From positions 15,252,001 to 15,316,000 of the forward strand of contig NC_079170.1 of assembly GCF_947568905.1 (NCBI RefSeq): a stretch of DNA of 64,000 nucleotides. The letters run 5' to 3'. Of this stretch, positions 48,001-60,978 are shown in pieces. The stretch's first letter is position 1. Each line of letters opens with the position of its first letter. Below the pieces are notes generated by a model. It saw nothing but the letters and a program-made list of their open reading frames with translations, did no database searches and was not told the origin of the DNA. The stretch is from Ostrea edulis (taxonomy: Eukaryota). Both the position numbers and the translations under genes were made by a program.

Positions 48001-51000
48001 CTGTAGATTGTGGTACAGCAATGTCTGTTGCATGTCCATCCTTCCGTTGGAGTTTTCGGTTTCTAATTTGATTTCTCTGTCACATCAAGCTGAATCTTGC
48101 TGTATAGATTCTTTGTGGGTCGACTCTAGATCTTACTGCTATTTTGATCCATTTTGACCGCCCTCGCAGTTTTGCCACTTTATCTGAAATTTAATGTTAC
48201 ATATATAATTAAGAGGTTTTACAATTTGTCTGTCGAACTCCTCCCACAGTTTTTGAGTGAAGAGCTTTTTATTTTACAGGGTATTGCAGTTTTGCATGTG
48301 GGAAAGATTTTCATTTTCATAATTTTTTTTTTTTAGAAAATTGCAGGTTGTTGAATGTAGGCAAGAAATTTTATGAAGTGAGTACATGTATATGATTTGC
48401 ACATGCGAGTAACTCCTCACAGTTTTATTACATCTTGCAGATGTGTATTGCAAGGATTTTGATTCTCTACAATTTTCTAATTTTTTGTGCTGTTTAAAAA
48501 AATTTAAAGTTGAACTTACTAAATTTTGAGGAGATATATTACACATTGTCAGAGAGCTTTCTGTTTGTCTATCCTTCACAGTGTCCAGTGCAGTGTTTAA
48601 GTTCGAACTTTTCATTCATATGGTACACGCCCCCCCCCCCCCCTCCCCCCCAGTATTTCACTGCTTGATGGTGGCTTATACAACATTAAGTAAAGTTCTG
48701 CAAATTTTGGCTACAGAAGAACACCTTATATAAGCTAGTGACGAATGTATCATATGCCAGCAGCTTTCCCATACTCTTGTTTAATTAATAATTGATAAAC
48801 CTATTGGAATGGTTAGTTCATATTTGTAACATCAGCATATCAGCGTATATGGACTGCTCTCTGACAAAACTGGGCTTATTGATAAATTACATGTATTAAT
48901 AACAACACAAAAATGCGATAATTGTGATGGCAAATATCGGTGTGAAAGTTTTTTTTCTATATACACACATATCTTGGAACTGAGATTCAGAAAATGTATT
49001 TGTTTTGAAAGGTTGCAAACTTGATACTTTTTAGTACACAATAACCTTTTTTGTGAAGTTTTTCAACCATTGCTGCATGCATCCAGCAGCGATGATTTTG
49101 ATATTAACTTAATGTCATACATGGTGAGTAACGCATAGTCATGGCCTGCGTTTGCCAAGTACAATGTAATTGCATGTTCCAAATACACACTTCGACATTA
49201 AATTATAGAATTGAAGTGCTTTACGTGTCTAATGGGTCTTTATGGGTAGCTCGGCTTTATATAGCATACTTTCTAGTTTCTCTCAAGGCCACAACCAAGG
49301 ACTGGTTAAAAAAATACTGAAGAGATAAAATTGTCCAGGTGGATAATTTATTTTTATGTAATAGTAAAGAGTTAAATGTTTAATATAGGGACCAGGTATT
49401 ACTCTGAAGGAGCCTCTCTGAATACTACGATTTAACTGTGATAGTTTCATGATGTAATCTGTTTTATAGCAGTGATTATTGAGGACAGCGAGCAATTATT
49501 CGGGTCCCCATAATGCTGACGACTCACTCTGAAAAGGCAGTATAAGTCAGAGCTGGCTATATAATACACATAAACAAATTTGGTTTTGACTAGCTCAATT
49601 CCCAAGTATGTCCCACAGGTAAAATACTTAATATTTAGTACATGTCTTAATCTGTTAAAATACAAAGTATTTCAAGGATAAGAATATCTCTGCCTGCTAT
49701 AGGTAAAAGTCAGATTTGACTTTGAATCTCTCAGATTTGTTATTCAACTTATATACATGTGAAAAGTAAACTTCACTGTACCTTGAATATCAGGTGAAAG
49801 ATCAATTTCATAAAATAAATGCTGAAAATAATGTGCACCATCTAGATATTTTGTGTAGGGAAACCTGTAGTGTCATACTGACTTCGTACTAACTTGTTTG
49901 TAAAGATGCCTCACATTCATGGATGTCAGACCGGTTTGATTTTCGTCAGTAATCTGCCCAGGTGAACACACTCTACCAAACAGGTGAGAGTGTGTACCGA
50001 GGGAAAAACAAGTCTGTCAGATGAATGTGTGCCCACAGGTGCAATGACATATGACAGAAGGGTGTGTGAAGTTCAGTGAAACCAGGATAGGCTGATGTGG
50101 GTGTGTATATGTGCCGGTGGAATTTATAATCTGCAGAACTTGATCAGTTAAACTCTTTGCTATTTATTAAAATTTACGTATAAACCCCGTGGGCGATCAG
50201 GAATCTGCTTAACATAGATTTTTAAATCTCCAGAGTCAGTCGTTTAGTTTTTGTATTGTTCAAACTGTTCAAACAAAGATTCACTTCAGCTTCAGTGAAG
50301 GCATGTGTACATTTCTGAAGTAGGTAGACAGTATTAAGTTTAATGATACTTATGTAGTTATATGAATTTATGGTAACTTATATCAATCAATATTTCTCTT
50401 ATGATATACTCATTTTACATTTATTATTCATTATAGATCATGTTGATCGTTGAACATTTGACAATTTGTTTTATATGCACATTCTGACCCAGATTTCTAA
50501 TCAATATAGCTTTATTATAGATGTACATGTCATGTACAATATTATCAATTTAAATGCAATGCATTCATTTTTCCCATCTGAAAAAAATCTGTTATTTTTG
50601 TTATGGATGTGAGATACTGATAAAATGCTTATTATGCCTGACTGAATGATGTGTCAGTGTTTATAATGTTATATTTTTACCTGCAATTTGAATATACACT
50701 ATTGGCTTGTTAATAACTCAGCTGAACTAAAAGCTCTCGTGAACTTTGTTCCATTTCTTTGTCTGTTGTCTTTACTGGAATCAGTTGACGTATGTAATCC
50801 ACCAAATGTGACACAAAGCATTATTTGATACATGGAGTCCAAGTTTTGTTGTTGTTTTGTTTTGTTTCAAATGAAGGGCCAAGGGGAAATAATGGGGAAC
50901 AATAGGAAGACTTGTTTTAACAATCTTTTCTCAAGAACCACCGATGTAGAAAAGCCAAGAGTTATACATGAAAATGTTCCTATATAATGCAGATTCAGCT

Positions 51001-52007
51001 TTGTCGAAATCGCATGACCCTTGCATGCAGTCATGACAAGGCCACAGTAGGGATTACTGATTTTTTATGTAGGATTATACATGATATAAAGGATAATTCT
51101 TTGAAAATACTCGCTAGGACTGCAAGAGTACGATTTGTAGAAATCAATATTAAGCGCAGGTCTTGAAAAGCTTCTGTCTTTTAACTTTCATCTGTTTGTG
51201 GTAGTGGACTTTTGAAACTAAGCACACACGTGATAGTTTATGATAATAAAAACGTAGTCACTTAAAAGCCAGACACGATTGATATCACCACATAGACATC
51301 ACAGTCTGACACGGGTAGTCGATGGATGCAGACACAGATCTGAAACAATGAAAGTGACATAATACTAGAGTGTTGCTGCACCAGAACAGGTAGCTGGTAG
51401 CTTTGTGAATTTTGGTCCTTTTGGTGCAGTTGATATCGAGTTAGAACAAAGACAATGCATTGGTGCAAATAAGTAGTATTAAACGCAAATTGAACGGCAT
51501 TTTAATGCAAATACACGTACTGGATGTACTTCACTGTATCATAAATATGTCTTCAAACATTGGTCCCCAGGCAAGGCCAGTCAAGGGTCACAGTAAGGGG
51601 TGTAATGTTTAATGATAGAGGCTAGTACATTTATGTTTGGAAATTCAGAAAGTTAAAAAAACATTTGAGCTCAGAATCAGTAAACCTAAATCTTAAGGAA
51701 AACCCCTCTTTAACAACAAAGACTCCAGTTTCTCTAAACCATAACCACTTGGATGTACAATTGGGGTTTTAAATTTTTTTTTTTACTTCAGAGGAATATT
51801 TTGTAAATATCTCATTCTCTAGAACCATAAGGGCACAATTAATTAACACATATAAAGTTTGCTCAAATCACCCCCTCCTCCTGTACAGAGATGACCAACC
51901 AGGCCACAGTAGTAGTTTGAAGCTTAGACATTTAGAATATAACGGTAAAGGAAAATTCTTTTATTTCTTTCAAGAAGCACCATATGTATCAGACTCTTGA
52001 AAGAATA

Positions 52008-52232
52008 GATAAGAGTACATGTAGTACATACACTATTAGAAGCAAGATACTATTATTACGTAGCCCGGTAATGACTTGATAAGAGTATATGTGTATTGTA
52101 GTACATACACTATTAGAAGCAAGATACTATTATTACGTAGCCCGGTAATGACTTGATAAGAGTATATGTGTATTGTAGTACATACACTATTAGAAGCAAG
52201 ATACTATTATTACGTAGCCCGGTAATGACTTG
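52008..52232. repeat. 77-bp tandem repeat (~3 units)
   Basis: GTAGTACATACACTATTAGAAGC.. recurs at 52021, 52098 and 52175. Confidence 0.9.
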
Positions 52233-52626
52233 ACTCACTATTCAAGACAAAGCATACTCCCAGCATATTGACATCTCTCTTATTGCCATTCATCTCTATA
52301 TGTTTACATTTCCAATGTATGATATCTTTATAAATGTTTATGACGGCCAATTTCCTTGTGAATGTGCTGCAGTTGTGAACAATGTGCATATGAATCTTGA
52401 TAGATACATTGTGTGTTTTAAACAGCTAACACACTTCTGAAAGTATTCCAGCATGAAGTGTCACAGTTCATACCCTCATGTATTTTCAAAAATGAAATTT
52501 ATTTCTTAAGAATAAATCAAAATAAATGCATATATTCCCTGTTTCTTACAATTGGCCAAGAGATAATCCTCTCTCTGTGTGTCTCTATATATTTGTATTG
52601 ATGTGTTACCTGTATTCTACTTTCAG

Positions 52627-52697
52627 AGTGATGACTGTTGTTGAGAAAGATACCCAGATGGAGAACAATTAACAGTCTCACTTCTGTAAACAATAAG
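52627..52697 (+). other. Candidate non-coding 5' exon of the kelch gene
   Basis: Flanked by ttctactttcag| and |gtgagc; contains a short uORF, MTVVEKDTQMENN*. Confidence 0.4.
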
Positions 52698-52944
52698 GTG
52701 AGCTTTCCAGTTATTTCTTACCAAGTTTTACGCCAGATACCATCAGGGGTGTGATTTTTCCTCGTTTCAGAGGAAATCCTCTGATTTGCTCCATTTTCAA
52801 AAAAATGAAACACTCTGGATTTGATCTAAAGTGGCAGAAAATGATATTTTTCCAGGTAGGGTGAGGTGTTTTCCTCCCTTTTTGACCAGTTTTCCTCTGA
52901 TTTCTGAGGAATTCAGTCACATCCCTGTAGCATTGATGTTTGCA

Positions 52945-53152
52945 TGCGACTCCTGAGTTTTGTACCTCTGCTCAGCGGAGTTCGAATCCCGCTCGTGCCG
53001 GTAAGTGAGAGAGTTTCCCAGTTTACTTTCGGAAGGTCGGTGGTCTCTTCTCAGCTACATTGTATCTGGGTTCTCTCTTTCACCAATAAAAACCGGGCGC
53101 CACCATATAACTGAAAAATTGTTGAGTGTGGCGGAAAACATCAATCAATCAA
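52945..53152 (+). mobile_element. tRNA-derived SINE (second family)
   Basis: B-box GAGTTCGAATCCC; body CACCAATAAAAACCGGGCGCCACCATATAACTGAAAAATTGTTGAG; (AATC)n tail. Confidence 0.65.
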
Positions 53153-53158
53153 TAACAT

Positions 53159-53921
53159 TAGTGATTTTTTTGGGGCCAAAATGTCACCGATATTCGGCTG
53201 TTTCCCCTCACTAAAATTAGCTATTTTCCCCCAATTATATATATATGTTTTTCCCAATTTCAAATCTAGGGAAATTAGGCCATTTAAAAAAAAAGTTACC
53301 GTATATTGCTGACAAAGAGTAAATACGTTTTTTTCTTCAGTTTTGTTCTCCAAACCACTGCACGTGCAAAAGGTTTTGTAAAGAATATGTAAAACAATAG
53401 AGGCATCCATATAAGCAGATATGCAGCGAAGTATATAGTTTCCAGATACATATTGTTGACAATTTAGTTTGACCGCCATTATATGTAGGGTCATGCTAAT
53501 AACAGGAAGTGGCCAACAGTATAGGGTTTTACTAAAATCCGAAAAATACAAACAGGATAGACATTCTGGAAACTTGATTATTAATATAATATTTACAAGA
53601 TTATGGGTACAAATGCTGGTGAATTAATAATTTATTATTTTGTTTATGAAATTAGACAACAAGTATTTCTTAGAAAAAGTAAATAATATCTATACAAGGT
53701 GTGACTTCCAATACATATTTAATGTTAAATAGTGATTTATTTTATGATTTTAAATCAGATCTGAAATAAACATCAAACAAACAAAATTGTTATTTGGTTA
53801 TTTTATGCATCTTTGCCATTTTAATTTAATATGAATGATTTTTCCCAATTTGAGGAAAATGTCGCTAATTTTTCCAATTCAAAAGGAGGGGTGGTAGTTT
53901 GAAAAACAAAAAAAATCACTG
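53159..53921. mobile_element. Non-autonomous TIR element with 5-bp TSD (hAT5-like)
   Basis: (T)AGTGATTTTTT..AAAAAATCACTG; AACAT duplicated; shares subterminal TTTTCCCAATT motifs with 22298-22695. Confidence 0.7.
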
Positions 53922-54114
53922 AACATGAAAAAAGTACCTGCTAGGTCTATACAACTGTGATAAACATTGAAAACCAACTTTATAGATAAGTGCATTAAAA
54001 AAAAATCAATTTGGATACCATGGTTTGTTAATGGCTTCAAAAATCAAATCAATTACATGTACATGTATTTATGGTGCAAGGTCAAAAGATTCATGTCAGA
54101 CAAAAATCTACATT

Positions 54115-54380
54115 CAAGTACAATGTAGTTAGGGGGAGGGGGTAAAACCCTCACAATACAATGTAGTTGAGGGAGGGGATAAAACCCTCACAATACAATG
54201 TAGTTGGGGGGAGGGGGTAAAACCCTCACAATACAATGTAGTTGGGGGAGGGGGTAAAACTCTCACAATACAATGTAGTTGAAGGAGGGGGTAAAACCCT
54301 CACAATACAATGTAGTTGGGGGGAGGGGGTAAAACCCTCACAATACAATGTAGTTGGGGGGAGGGGGTGAAACCCTCACA
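54115..54380. repeat. ~38-bp G-rich minisatellite (~7 units)
   Basis: CAATACAATGTAGTTGGGGGAGGGGGTAAAACCCTCA. Confidence 0.9.
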
Positions 54381-55337
54381 AGTTTCTGTCATCCATTGTC
54401 GATTATACAATTTTTGAGGGAACAAATTAATTTTTTTGATGTAATGGAAAGTGACATTTAAAGACTACATACATACTCTTTCATTTGTGAAAAAAACAAT
54501 AGAAAAAGTATATTGAGTTGGATAAATATTCATTTATATAGACAGTTTTAAGGGGGATGGGGGGGGGGGGGGGGGGGGGGAGGTCTTTTTGAAAATAATG
54601 AATTTAGGTTTTTGACAGACATTGAACTTTCGATCTTGCCCCTACAATGTAAAATGCTTAAATTAAAATAGAAAAGTTATACTGTACATACTACTGTATC
54701 AAGTGTTATAAAGTTCTTAGTTCTTCTTTTTTGGTGTTTTTTTTTTAAAAGTTTGTGTTATCTAATGTACATGTATATGTAAATCAGAGGTTACTAACAG
54801 ATATTTCATTAAGATATATATTTCTTAATCCATTAAATCACCAAGAAGAAGAAGAAAAAAACCTTTGCCAGTAAGGCATAAATAAAATGAATAATGATCC
54901 CTTCAAGGGTAAACGCTGTAAAAACCAGACCAAGCAAGCGTATGTGGCTGGGGGGTGTAAATCGTAGACAACAGGGACCCCAGCAACAGGGGATGAAATT
55001 AATGTCTCCTAACAAGTAACGCACGTCATTTTCATCATTTCACTCCACTGACTCAACAGTGAGACGTGACTTTCGCCCAGCAGTTTTTTTTTTAAAGATT
55101 ATAAGTCGTGACTGAGTCTGGTGCATTCAGAGCATCTCGTAGTAGTGTTTGGGAGGAGCTGTTTGTTGTGCAAGAGGTCACATGATCTCAGACTTAAGGG
55201 GATAACTTGTTTTTTCCACAGTTTTGTTTCTTATCATCTGGAGCATCATTGAAACTCTGCAGCAATATTCATTGAAGAGACATTTTGTTTTATATATAAA
55301 ATAGCTTCACTATATTTGGATGTTGTAAACTTTTCGG

Positions 55338-55393
55338 ATGGATGTGAAATGTACTAACGGTGATGCCATGGAAAATTCGACTGATAAGAAGTT
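55338..55393 (+). CDS. Kelch-like gene, probable first coding exon
   Basis: MDVKCTNGDAMENSTDKK+TT|gtaagt. The phase-2 end joins the ttttgcag|A acceptor at 57690 in frame. An upstream acceptor (ccacag|) lies at 55222. Confidence 0.65.
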
Positions 55394-55943
55394 GTAAGTT
55401 TTTTTGTATAAAAAAACCCCATATTTTCCAGAGTATTTTTTATAGAATGATAATTATTGTTGTAATTGCATGACATATATTATTGATAATTTAGGAAAGG
55501 ATCACCTAGGAGGATTGATTACCACAATCATCGTTAAAGCAACATTACATTAGTTGTATGAAGTGCTGGAGATCACTTGATGTACATTTTTTGTCCCCCC
55601 CCCCCACAACACAGAAGGGGACAAAAATACTGGTGTCCATCCTACTTCACTTTGTGGATGGATTTTGTTCAAATTTTGTGTGATTGTTAGTCAATAGTCA
55701 CCATATGTAGTTGATCGTATTGCACTGCCATTTTAATTTGACAAATTTTACAGGAGTTATGGGACTTTTGTGCATCAACTATTTTTGCGGCGGTGGGGAC
55801 ATATAATATATGGCTATACGCATAGCAATCAATTTGGAATATGAATTGGAAAAACAGATGTTGTCAGTCAATAATGAAACATCTTTTAATATGGTTAATT
55901 TATGAAACATCTCAATCCAGACAAGTGATCAGAAATCTCTCTC

Positions 55944-55980
<37 letters not shown>

Positions 55981-57689
55981 GTCAGATTAATTGGATTAAA
56001 TATACATATTTTGCTGATGTCTTACTGCAGCTTCATTTGTCATATTTGGAATATAGTGCAGTGTCAAGTTTCTGAATGAGGATTGAAAACTGCCCTTTAT
56101 AATCATCTATAGTTTCCCTGTATTTAATCATGTTTACCAGCGGAAAATGTGGGTACAGGTTGATTTCAGTAAGTGATTTATAGGTTGATTTCAGTAAGTG
56201 ATTGACAGTTTGATTTCAGTAAGTGATTTACAGACTTATGAAGCAATTCATTCAAGCATACAACATATACAAGTACAGGAGAGATATGTCTACATGGGTT
56301 TAGGTATAAGTTGCTAACTTTTAGGGAATGCCCGTATTTCTATGATTTATTGTTACAGTACTGAAATTGACATTGTTAGGTGTGAACAGTCTCGTTCAGC
56401 AATCAATTACTCCATACTGGACATACTTTGTAATTAATATTCACAATGGGTGGACAGTACCGTACACTGATAAGTGATACTTATATTCATATCTTCATGG
56501 ACAATAGGCAGGATTACACATTGGCCCGGGGGGTCATGTTCTGACAATGGACGTGTGACACACGGGGTCTTGGGCTGTTCTCACACACCTGGGACCACTT
56601 ATCATACGTCCAGAGAGTAGGACAAGTGGCCACATCTCGTTAATTTCTTCACAATAGGTGTACGACGGCAGTCGAGAGAATAAAAATTATCGTTTGTTAC
56701 ACACTGCATTATCATCTGTCAGATGACATACCATATTTTCCGGATAAATTTGACGTACTGAAAATGTTGGTTTTTCTTAGGGTTAATATTTTCAATTATA
56801 CTGCCTGGAGTAAGGTTTGGTATTATATTGTTGAATTCTCTGTGCTATGTTGTTTTCATCAAATAAAATCTAAGGCATATTTGTGATTTATAAAACAGGG
56901 TATTTTTTTGGTAAAGAAGTGTACCAGCCATTTACAATTTATTGCATTTTTTCCACATCAATTCATTTTTTTTTATTTTTCAGAGTAGAAAATAAATAAA
57001 TAAAAAAACCAAAAAAAAAAACCAAAAAAACAAAAAAAAAAAAAAAAAAAAAAAAAAACCAAGCAGGTTCAAATTACCATTTTGAAGCTAATTAGTCCAA
57101 CAAATTAATCAGAAACAATACATGAATATATATGCATATACAATCATGTAATTTATTTTTAGAGTTACCATACCTGTCCATTATGGATAGTGTACTTTTC
57201 ATTAGAACCCCTCCCCTCACATTGTATACCATATTGTATAAAGAAACTTGAAATTGTCTAATACAAACATGCTTGGCACCAGAAGAAATCTAAAGACTGG
57301 ACAACTTCTGGAGTACAAAGTAATTTAACAATAGAATTCGATAGTTGCATGTGCTAAAACATATGAAAGATGATTTTGCCCAGCTTTTTTTTTATTCACA
57401 CAACCTCTGAATAAGACAAATTTTACCCTTCCTCTAGATGCAGATTCAACTGCATGTGTATCATTGTTATTTGTGAGCTAGGACTCAATTTTTCGTGATT
57501 TTGTGGGGACCTCTCTGCCAGCGGAACTATACCTTGGCAATGCATGAAGTTAATTATATTTAATTGATTGTGCAATATCTGTACACATGTGCTATCATTT
57601 TCAGCTCCATTATTCTATGAAAGCAATGATCAAAATTACAGAATATACTAGAATCAGATTAATAAGTTTGAATTTTTTTTATTTTGCAG

Positions 57690-60210
57690 AACAAATGGAG
57701 TAAATGGTAAAACCAAACCAGTGAAAAGTGAGGGAAAGTTTATCTCACAGATCAAGAAAAATTTGACCCAGGGCAGAGAATCCGAGGGAGATCAAGAGAA
57801 CAGCCAGTCTGGAAATTCCAAGAATCGTTCCACCAAAAATTCAGAAAAGGCAAAGCCTGTCAGCCCTTCTGTATTTAGTCGGCTCAGTGAACCAACGATC
57901 AGTAGTGCCAAGAAATCTGTCAAATCTGTTGATGCTATTAAACCAAACTTGTCAAAGGGAGGTAAATCTAACTCTGTGAATGGCAAGGATAATCCGAAAC
58001 CCTTAACAACCAAAGAAAATGTGGTTACCAAGAAACAACCACCACCTGTAGCTGAGAAGCCAAAGAAAAGTACAGAGAAAGAAGTACTTGTTGAAGGTAA
58101 GGAGGAGACAAAAAAAGATTCAGGCGACAAATTTGAGCAAGAAAAGATCAAAGAAGAAGAGGCACGAACAGACAACAACACAAACGCAGCCGAGGTAGAA
58201 TATCCAGAAACTCTTGAATTTAATCGTGAGCAATCACAAGAAGAGGAGGAAAAAGCTAATCTAGAAAGCCCGAGTTCTGAGAGGAGCAGAAGAAAATTTT
58301 CTGAAGAATTAGGCGACCCCTCCTCAAACGAGTACCTTACTCTGAAACAGAAATTCTTTGAGAATCAGGAGACAACTTTCTGCACCTTAGACATTGACAG
58401 TGAAATGGCTACAGCAGCAGTAGATCCCCCGGAGGAGGAAGGAGTTATACAACCTTCAACAGAATGCATTGTCATCTCAGAAAACAAGGTCAAGTACATC
58501 AACACTCACTTCAAGAAAGTCTCCGCCAAGATGTACGACTACAAGTGCGACATCAAACTCACGGTCGGAGATCAGAATTTCAAAGCACATCGAGATGTAC
58601 TGTCTGATGCCAGTGATTACTTCTCCGCTATGTTTTCACACAATATGAAGGAGAAAGGGCAGGATGCGATAGAGCTGAAGGATATTAGCCCAAAAGGTTT
58701 TTCTGCGATGTTGGATTATTTTTATCATGGTCATGTGACTCTGGAGCCATCGAAGGTGGAGGAGGTGATAGAGGGTGCTCGGTTCTTCCACGTTGATTGG
58801 CTTCTGGAGGTCTGTTGTGAGTTCCTGATCCAGCACCTCAGTTTAGACAACTACAACGCAGTGATGGAAATCACAGATAAGTACTATCTGGGGGATCTTC
58901 GATGGGATATTTTCCGATTCATTGGCCAAAATCTAGCTGAACTGATTGCACAACCAAGCTTCTTTGAAAATCTCTCTGTAGATCTTTTGCTGCAGTTTCT
59001 AATGGAGAACATTTATTCTGAAGCATCCGAGTTCTTCCTTGTTGATGTTGTGTTAAATTGGGTGAAAACCGAAGAGAACGGTCGGAGAGAGCATCTTCTG
59101 TCTCTTCTACGACAGATCAGATTTCATACCATGGAAACCGATGAACTTGAGTCTCTTCCACCTGAGGTACTGGAGTTTCCAGAAATTCGGGAAAAAGTCG
59201 AGGATGCCATGAATTACAGTCTAAATATCATGGGCCAGTGTCTGAAATTCGGGGATATGTACAAGCAGAGAGGAGCACGACCCGTGGTAACAATTCTCTC
59301 ATTCACTGACGAGGGAAACTTCTTGGTGTACCGAGACCCTACTAAGTTTGGACTCTTTGTGGAGGAACTGGGGCCTTGTGGCTTGGACACGGCAGCCTAT
59401 CAAGCCATGGGTCAAGCAAAGATTGGAAACTTCTTGTATGCAGCCGGTGGATATGATGAGAAGTATTGCACTGTTAGTAGGGTCTTTGTGTTTGATCCGA
59501 AATACCGAGGCTGGACAGAAATAGCATCGATGAATGAGCCTAGAGTATCATTTGCGATGTGTAACTCTGACAATAGACTGTTTGTGGTAGGTGGTGTGAA
59601 TCATACAATGGATGAGGAGACAAAAGACGAGCAAGAACAAGTCCTTGGATCAGTAGAAATTTACAACCCAGAGGAAAATATCTGGACTCATCTCCAACCA
59701 ATGCCAATAAAGTCTTCTGACCAGGCTGCTGTTTTTGCCAATGGCTGCCTCTATGTCACTGGTGGTATAAGCTCCGAGCCAGATGACCCGGTGCCTCTCA
59801 ACTCCATGTGGTGCTTAAAGGTGGATGGGTCAGACGGTTGGGTCCCCAAAGCTAACATGCTCAGTGGTCGACAGGGCCACAGCATCACGGTTTTTAATGG
59901 AAAATTCTACACAATGGGTGGGTATACTGCGAAGGAAGATCGCATCACATTTAAGAATCAGCTGAACTGTGAAGTCTATGACCTGGAGACTGGACAATGG
60001 TCAGAAATAGCCCCCACTCCCGAGGCCTTCGGACACCTCTTTCCCTATAGTGGTACGTTGTTTGAGAAGATTTTTGTGATGGGGGTAATACATACCAGTG
60101 TCAACCTGTACATCTACGACCCAGAAAGTGACACCTGGGAAGAAGCAGACGTGATTGGACCTCATGTACAAAAACTCGCCATCCTGGACGTTGCTTATCC
60201 GTACACTTAA
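57690..60210 (+). CDS. BTB-BACK-Kelch (kelch-like) protein, main exon; full protein ~858 aa
   Basis: The 829-aa ORF extends back to the acceptor at 57690. BTB (CDIKLTVGDQNFKAHRDVLSDASDYFSAMF), BACK, and Kelch repeats (LYAAGG, LFVVGG, LYVTGG, FYTMGG, with W-ending blades). I cannot assign the subfamily reliably. Confidence 0.95.
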
Positions 60211-60786
60211 CTGTAGCGCATTGCATCAGATCTAAATTTGTTGTTGTCTGTTTTGTATACATGCATGTATCAGAGATATGACATTATAATTCCTGAGCAC
60301 TTGTTCTGTGGCTTGTAGTTATGCATTTCCTGACCAGTGCAACGCTTGTCCAAGAAAACATTATAACCATGTTTCTGGTATTTATTACGCTGTTTAATTA
60401 AAGAAACCATGACTTAATTTTGTGTGGTGGTTGGAGACATGTACCAGTAATCGTTACGAATGTGGAAGCTGCTGTTGCAGCATCGTCACAAGCCACGCCC
60501 ATTGTCTCCGTTTACGTCGGACTCGGTAACCGTGGCCAGCGACGATGCTGTTACAGTTCAAGGTTCACTGCAGTGAAAATATGCGTAGATGTTTTCTTTA
60601 ATATATTTATGATGTATGCTTTTGGATCTCATTATGAAAGTGATTGTATTCACAATATTTGGTTGTCTTTACTTAATACAGTTGTTTACATACGATGTAA
60701 TAATTATGTGTTAGTGTATGCATCTTTTGGCATTTTATAAAAGTGCACTTTCTTGCCACTTGGTAATCACGTGTAAATCACGATTC

Positions 60787-60978
60787 ACATGATTTTCATT
60801 TGCAGTAAGTGAGTTCTGTTCAGTTGACGGTTGTGAATTTTTTCACGATTCATATGATTTTCATTTGCAGTAAGTGAGTTTTGTACAGTTGACGGTTGTG
60901 AATTTTTTCATGATTACATGTAATTTCATTTGCAGTAAGTGAGTTATGTGCAGTTGATGGTTGTGAATTTTTTCATGT
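60787..60978. repeat. 65-bp tandem repeat (3 units) downstream of the kelch stop codon
   Basis: GATTTTCATTTGCAGTAAGTGAGTT..CAGTTGAYGGTTGTGAATTTTTTCA. Confidence 0.9.

Noticed and set aside
57792-58836. Antisense ORFs (129 aa, 66 aa) over the kelch exon
   Set aside because: Shadows of a purine-rich sense CDS with no recognisable domains.
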